From the IMG/VR virus record IMGVR_UViG_3300008448_009590: a stretch of DNA of 20,000 nt. One strand, written 5' to 3'. Below the pieces are notes generated by a model. The model had not been told where the DNA came from and did no database searches. It worked only from the letters and a program-made list of their open reading frames with translations. This DNA is from an uncultured virus (IMG/VR IMGVR_UViG_3300008448_009590). Its lineage: Duplodnaviria; Heunggongvirae; Uroviricota; Caudoviricetes. Positions within the stretch are counted from its first letter, which is position 1; every line of letters begins with the position of its first letter. This document shows, one piece after another, positions 15,591 to 20,000 of this stretch. The translations under genes and the position numbers were made by a program.

Positions 15591-16048
15591 TGGCACTAAC
15601 AAAAATAAAACCTAATGCTGTTGATGAGACACTAGACTATTCATTTGATGATGTAAATGCAAATACAATGTCTGTTTTAGGCACTTCTACTTTTCAACAA
15701 GTAACAGAAAAAATACAAACAAAAACTGCAGCTACAGGTACGGTAACTCATGATTATTCTTTAGGCACTTTATTTTATCACAGTTCAATCTCTGCAAATT
15801 TTACTGCAAATATTACAAATGTACCTACAACAAATGATAGAAGTATTGTGGTAAGTTTAGTTTTAGATCAAGGTGCAACAGGATATATTCCTAATGCGTT
15901 ACAAATTGATGGTTCATCACAAACAATTAATTGGGTTGGCGGTGCTACTCCAACTCCTATAGCCAATAAAAAAGAAATAGTTTCTTTTGTTTTGCTAAGA
16001 GTTTCAAGCAATTGGATCGTGTTGGGTTCAATTTCAACATATGGTTAA
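15590..16048 (+). CDS. 152-aa putative virion structural/adaptor protein
   Basis: Starts MALTKIK; beta-rich C-terminal domain (LVLDQGATG..INWVGGATPT..IVSFVLL). TAATG overlap with gp16. Confidence 0.7.
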   Translation: MALTKIKPNAVDETLDYSFDDVNANTMSVLGTSTFQQVTEKIQTKTAATGTVTHDYSLGTLFYHSSISANFTANITNVPTTNDRSIVVSLVLDQGATGYIPNALQIDGSSQTINWVGGATPTPIANKKEIVSFVLLRVSSNWIVLGSISTYG

Positions 16049-16050
16049 AG

Positions 16051-17706
16051 ATGCCTAGAGTAAATACCCTTACATCTGTAAGTCCAAATTTGGTCATAAG
16101 TGGTGATGGAGAATTTTATTCTTTTTCTGCAAACACAACTTCTGTAAATGAGGGTAATACAGCGTTATTTACTGTCTCTACCAGAAACGTAAGTGAGACA
16201 ACTTTATATTGGACTATAGTTGCAGTATCCGGCGATTTAAATAGTTTAGATGTAAATTCTTTGTCTGGTTCTTTTAGTCTGACTTCAAATGTAGGAACTT
16301 TTCCAATAACATTAACAGAAGATTCTTCAACAGAAGGTACTGAAATTTTTCAAGTACAACTAAGAAAAAATTCTATATCAGGAACAATTGTAGCAAACTC
16401 TAGTTTCATTATAGCTAACGATACATCATTATCACCATCATATACTCTTACTGCAAACACAACTTCTGTCAATGAAGGAAGTACAGTTTCGTTTACAGTA
16501 GATACACAAAATGTAAATGATGGCACAGTTTTGTATTGGACCACTTTAGGTGTTAGTGGTACAATAAATGCATCCGATTTTTCAGGATCTCAAATCGAAG
16601 GTACAGTTACAATCAACAGTAATGCAGCTTCTTTTATTAGAACTTTATCTAACGATGTTACTACAGAAGGAACAGAATCTTTTAGAATACAATTGAGAAG
16701 AACATCCAATACAGGAACAATTGTAGCAAATAGTGCAGTAGTTACAATATCGGATACTTCAATAACTCCGCCAGTAACAGGACAAGTTTTGTTTGCTCCC
16801 GCATCTTCTTTTCCAAAAACTTCAGGAACTTCAGAATATGGATATACTAATTCTGGAACATGGACTGTTCCATCTGGAGTTACTAGAATATCTGTGGTCT
16901 GTATAGGCGGTGGAGGCGGCGGTAGTAATTCGGGAACATTCACCAATCCATCTGGAGGTGGAGGTGGAGGATTATCTTATAGAAATAATTTTACGGTAAC
17001 GCCGGGAGAAACATTATATTTTACCCATGGCGCTGGAGGTCAAGGAGCTACTCTAGTAGGATCTTGTGCTACTTTATGGAGAGGTTCACCTTTTCAAGCA
17101 GGATCAACTTTAATTTGTGGCGCTTATGGTGGATATGGCCGAAGCGCAGAGGGTGATGATGGTATACCTAATGCAATCGGTGGAAATGGAGGAGCAAGAT
17201 TAACACATAATTCAAGTATTCCAGCTTCACCTAATATAGTTAGTGGTAGTGGTGCTGTGTCTGGGTCGGATGGTGGCGGCCAAGGCGGCCGAGGAGGAAC
17301 TGCAACAGGAAATACAAGAGCTGCCGGTGGCGGCGGTGCTGCTGGATATGCCGGCACTGGTGGCAACGGAGGTTCTTCGGGTGATGGTTTAAACGGAGCA
17401 GGCGGCGGTGGAGGCGGCGGAGGATCAGGAACTTCAAGTGCTGGTGGTGGAGGAGGAACTTTACCTACAGGACAAAGTTCAAATGGTACAGGAGGAACAG
17501 GAGGAACTACCGGCGGCAATGGCGGTGGAGGAACTACTATCTATAATTTTGCTCAAAGAGGTAGAGCTTATGGCGGCGGCGGCGGTGGAATAGTTGGATC
17601 CTACTCTAATACATTTCAAAATGGTGTTGGCGAAATGGGGTGTCTCAGAATCATTTGGCCAGGTGATACGAGACAGTTCCCTTCTACAAGAACCACTGAC
17701 GAATAA
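16051..17706 (+). CDS. 551-aa protein with two Calx-beta/Ig-like repeats and a glycine-rich domain; putative adhesin
   Basis: ATG 16051 lies 2 nt after the previous stop and is preferred to 16012. Two SVNEG..LYWT..DxxTEGTExF..DTS repeats (about 16117-16428 and 16441-16761) are followed by WTVPSGVTRISVVCIGGGGGG..GCLRIIW. Confidence 0.75.
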   Translation: MPRVNTLTSVSPNLVISGDGEFYSFSANTTSVNEGNTALFTVSTRNVSETTLYWTIVAVSGDLNSLDVNSLSGSFSLTSNVGTFPITLTEDSSTEGTEIFQVQLRKNSISGTIVANSSFIIANDTSLSPSYTLTANTTSVNEGSTVSFTVDTQNVNDGTVLYWTTLGVSGTINASDFSGSQIEGTVTINSNAASFIRTLSNDVTTEGTESFRIQLRRTSNTGTIVANSAVVTISDTSITPPVTGQVLFAPASSFPKTSGTSEYGYTNSGTWTVPSGVTRISVVCIGGGGGGSNSGTFTNPSGGGGGGLSYRNNFTVTPGETLYFTHGAGGQGATLVGSCATLWRGSPFQAGSTLICGAYGGYGRSAEGDDGIPNAIGGNGGARLTHNSSIPASPNIVSGSGAVSGSDGGGQGGRGGTATGNTRAAGGGGAAGYAGTGGNGGSSGDGLNGAGGGGGGGGSGTSSAGGGGGTLPTGQSSNGTGGTGGTTGGNGGGGTTIYNFAQRGRAYGGGGGGIVGSYSNTFQNGVGEMGCLRIIWPGDTRQFPSTRTTDE

Positions 17707-17709
17707 ATA
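17702..17709 (+). promoter_or_regulatory. T4-type late promoter
   Basis: AATAAATA overlaps the stop at 17704-17706, followed by an AAGGA RBS and ATG 17731. Confidence 0.7.
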
Positions 17710-17730
17710 AACACTTTAAAGGAAATAAAA

Positions 17731-18165
17731 ATGGAAACATTAGTAGAGATGATGAAAAAAGTATTAGCAGATACTTTTGCTATGTACTTAAAATCACACA
17801 ACTATCATTGGAATGTAGAAGGTTCTAACTTCCCACAATATCATGATTTTTTTGGTAATTTATATCAAGAACTTCATGGTGCAGTAGATCCTATTGCGGA
17901 ACAAATTCGTGCATTAGATGCTTATGCGCCAGGTTCTTTTAGTAGATTTATGGAATTAACAGACATTCAAGATGAAATGAATGTTCCTCTTGGTACAGAC
18001 ATGGCAAGAAAATTGATGACGGATAATCAAATGGTATTAAATAGTTTGAATATGGCTTTAAAATTGGCTGAACAGTTTGATCAACAAGGTCTAATGGACT
18101 TTCTTGCAGGTAGAATCGACACTCACAACAAACACGCTTGGATGTTACGTAGTATCTCTAAGTAA
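17731..18165 (+). CDS. dps: Dps family mini-ferritin
   Basis: HNYHWNVEGSNFPQYHDFF..Y..VDPIAEQIRAL signature with ferroxidase-centre residues H26, H38, D53 and E57; C-terminal KHAWML. Confidence 0.93.
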   Translation: METLVEMMKKVLADTFAMYLKSHNYHWNVEGSNFPQYHDFFGNLYQELHGAVDPIAEQIRALDAYAPGSFSRFMELTDIQDEMNVPLGTDMARKLMTDNQMVLNSLNMALKLAEQFDQQGLMDFLAGRIDTHNKHAWMLRSISK

Positions 18166-19787
18166 TGAATGACGGTTATCTTGGTAATGAACGCTTAAAG
18201 AAAGTTGGCGTTGAACTCACATACACTGAAGAACAAGCTGTTGAAATTGTTAAGTGTATGGAAGACCCCGTTTATTTCATTAGAACATATGTTAAGATTG
18301 TCAACGTAGACCGTGGTTTAGTTCCTTTTGATATGTGGCCATTTCAAGAAGAAATGGTTAAGTCTTTTCATAACAATCGATTTTCAATTGCAAAAATGCC
18401 TCGACAGGTTGGTAAAACAACCACAACGGTTGGTTATATGTTGTGGTGTGTTTTATTTCAAGAAGAATATTCAATTGCAATCTTGGCCAATAAAGGTCAA
18501 CTAGCACAAGAAATTCTTTCGAGAATACAGAAGGCCTATGAGTATTTACCTATTTGGTTGCAACAAGGTATTATAGTTTGGAATAAAAGAAATATTGAAC
18601 TTGAAAATGGTTCTAAAATTTATGCTTATGCAACCTCAGCAGCTGGTGTTCGAGGTGGTTCGTATAATTTAATTTTCTTAGATGAATTTGCTTTCGTTCA
18701 ACATAATATGGCACTTGATTTCTTCCAGTCAACGTATCCTGTTATTTCTTCTGGACAAACATCAAAGGTTATTATTGTTTCTACTCCAAATGGATTGAAT
18801 CTGTTTTACAAAATGTGGACAGATGCAATTGAAAATCGTTCGACTTATGTTCCGGTTGAAGTTCATTGGTCTATGGTACCAGGTAGAGATCAAAAGTGGA
18901 AAGAAGAAACGATACGCAATACCTCTGAAGAACAATTTAGAGTCGAGTTTGAAACTGAGTTTATTGGTTCTTCCGCAACACTGGTTTCCGGTGTAAAATT
19001 AAGATCGTTGGCTTTCTTCAATCCAATACACTCAGAAGAAGGTCTGGACATTTATGAACAACCACAGAAAGATCGATTGTATATTTGTACAGTAGATTGT
19101 TCTGAGGGTGTTGACAGAGATTATTCGACAATTAATGTAATAGATGTTTCTCAGGTACCTTACAGACAGGTTGCCAAATATAGAAACAATAAGTTACCAT
19201 TATTGTTTTTTCCAACAATAATTTATTCTTTGGCAAACAAATATAATGAAGCCTTCGTATTGATTGAAACAAATAATGTGGGTCAACAAGTTGTGGACAT
19301 TTTACATTATGATCTAGAATACGAAAACGTCTATAAGATTGACCACCATCATATTAAAGGTCAGACGATTTCTGGTGGATTTAAACGATCTGCAAACTTT
19401 GGTGTTAAAACTACCAAAACTGTTAAAAAAATTGGTTGTGCCAACTTGAAAACGTTGGTAGAAAATGATAAATTAATCATTAATGACTTTGATACAATTG
19501 CAGAATTAAATACTTTTGTACGTCAGAAAGATAGTTATGCAGCCGAAGAAGGTAATAATGATGATTTGGTCATGGGTCTTGTATTGTTTTCGTGGTTATC
19601 TGCACAATCGTATTTCAAAGAAGCCACAAATATAGATATAAGGAAGGTTCTTTTAGAAGAAAATGACATGTTAGGTGACGAACAATTGACGCCTTTTGGT
19701 ATCATAGATGATGGTAGAGAAGAACCTATCGTAGATTCATCTGGAGACCATTGGTCGACTAGAGGTTATACACCTTCAACTTTCTAA
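18165..19787 (+). CDS. gp17: Terminase large subunit gp17
   Basis: Walker A PRQVGKTT, Walker B LIFLDEFAF, coupling motif STP, and nuclease acidic motifs TVDCSEG and NDDLVM. Confidence 0.97.
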   Translation: MNDGYLGNERLKKVGVELTYTEEQAVEIVKCMEDPVYFIRTYVKIVNVDRGLVPFDMWPFQEEMVKSFHNNRFSIAKMPRQVGKTTTTVGYMLWCVLFQEEYSIAILANKGQLAQEILSRIQKAYEYLPIWLQQGIIVWNKRNIELENGSKIYAYATSAAGVRGGSYNLIFLDEFAFVQHNMALDFFQSTYPVISSGQTSKVIIVSTPNGLNLFYKMWTDAIENRSTYVPVEVHWSMVPGRDQKWKEETIRNTSEEQFRVEFETEFIGSSATLVSGVKLRSLAFFNPIHSEEGLDIYEQPQKDRLYICTVDCSEGVDRDYSTINVIDVSQVPYRQVAKYRNNKLPLLFFPTIIYSLANKYNEAFVLIETNNVGQQVVDILHYDLEYENVYKIDHHHIKGQTISGGFKRSANFGVKTTKTVKKIGCANLKTLVENDKLIINDFDTIAELNTFVRQKDSYAAEEGNNDDLVMGLVLFSWLSAQSYFKEATNIDIRKVLLEENDMLGDEQLTPFGIIDDGREEPIVDSSGDHWSTRGYTPSTF

Positions 19788-19790
19788 AAA

Positions 19791-19798
19791 CATAAATA
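19791..19798 (+). promoter_or_regulatory. T4-type late promoter
   Basis: CATAAATA just after the gp17 stop, upstream of an AAGGAG RBS and ATG 19843. Confidence 0.8.
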
Positions 19799-19842
19799 GA
19801 CAATAAAAGAATTTATTCAGCCTGAAAAAAGGAGATTTAAAA

Positions 19843-20000
19843 ATGGCTTTTCAACTATCACCAGGTGTGAATGTCTCAGAAGTTGATTTAACAACTGTCG
19901 TACCTTCTGTGGCAACTACTGTTGGTGGTTTTGCCGGTAATTTCAACTGGGGACCTGTGGACGAAATCGTAACAATTAATAATGAAGTTCAACTAGTAGA
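19843..20000 (+). CDS. gp18: Tail sheath protein gp18 (5' part, runs off the window)
   Basis: MAFQLSPGVNVSEVDLTTVVPSVATTVGGFAGNFNWGPVDEI contains the SPGV and FxWGP motifs; follows gp17. Not in the ORF track. Confidence 0.95.
   Translation, partial: MAFQLSPGVNVSEVDLTTVVPSVATTVGGFAGNFNWGPVDEIVTINNEVQLV

Noticed and set aside
16012..16050. ORF-track start at 16012
   Set aside because: It overlaps the previous gene by 37 nt. ATG 16051 follows the stop directly and gives the MPRV start seen in the other Gly-rich gene.
3004..17801. Minus-strand ORFs, including Pro-rich ones at 10243, 10579, 16590 and 17124
   Set aside because: Antisense shadows of the real genes (poly-Gly reads as poly-Pro); they overlap well-supported + strand genes.
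18165..19787. Intein, intron or homing endonuclease in the terminase
   Set aside because: Continuous 540-aa ORF with normal motif spacing and no splicing motifs seen.
19802..19817. Hairpin AATAAA-AGAA-TTTATT before gp18 as a terminator
   Set aside because: Only six A-T pairs and no U-tract; too weak to call.
1..20000. Stop-codon reassignment
   Set aside because: Core genes are full length under the standard code, so nothing requires recoding.

Overview
All supported genes are on the + strand and form the late structural module of a T4-like myovirus, closer in organisation to aquatic T4-like phages than to T4 itself. The recognisable core is gp13, gp14, gp15, gp16, gp17 and the start of gp18, with four NATAAATA late-promoter motifs at gene boundaries. 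Accessory genes are interleaved with it. Upstream of gp13 lie the end of a fibre gene, a 107-aa protein, a 3128-aa Ala-core heptad-repeat fibre with ten inserted globular domains, a 121-aa paralogue of the 107-aa protein and a Gly-rich putative adhesin. A 398-aa fibre sits between gp15 and gp16. Between gp16 and gp17 are a 152-aa protein, a Calx-beta-like plus Gly-rich protein, and a Dps whose stop overlaps the gp17 start. The main unexplained pattern is a repeated gene grammar: a fibre ending in a hydrophobic A-x-A-I-x-x-G(G) peptide, then a small paralogous adaptor, then the next subunit. A similar candidate docking pair occurs at gp15. This suggests, by inference only, a plug-and-socket system for chaining very long virion appendages tipped with polyglycine adhesins. 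All family calls come from motif recognition; no searches were run.
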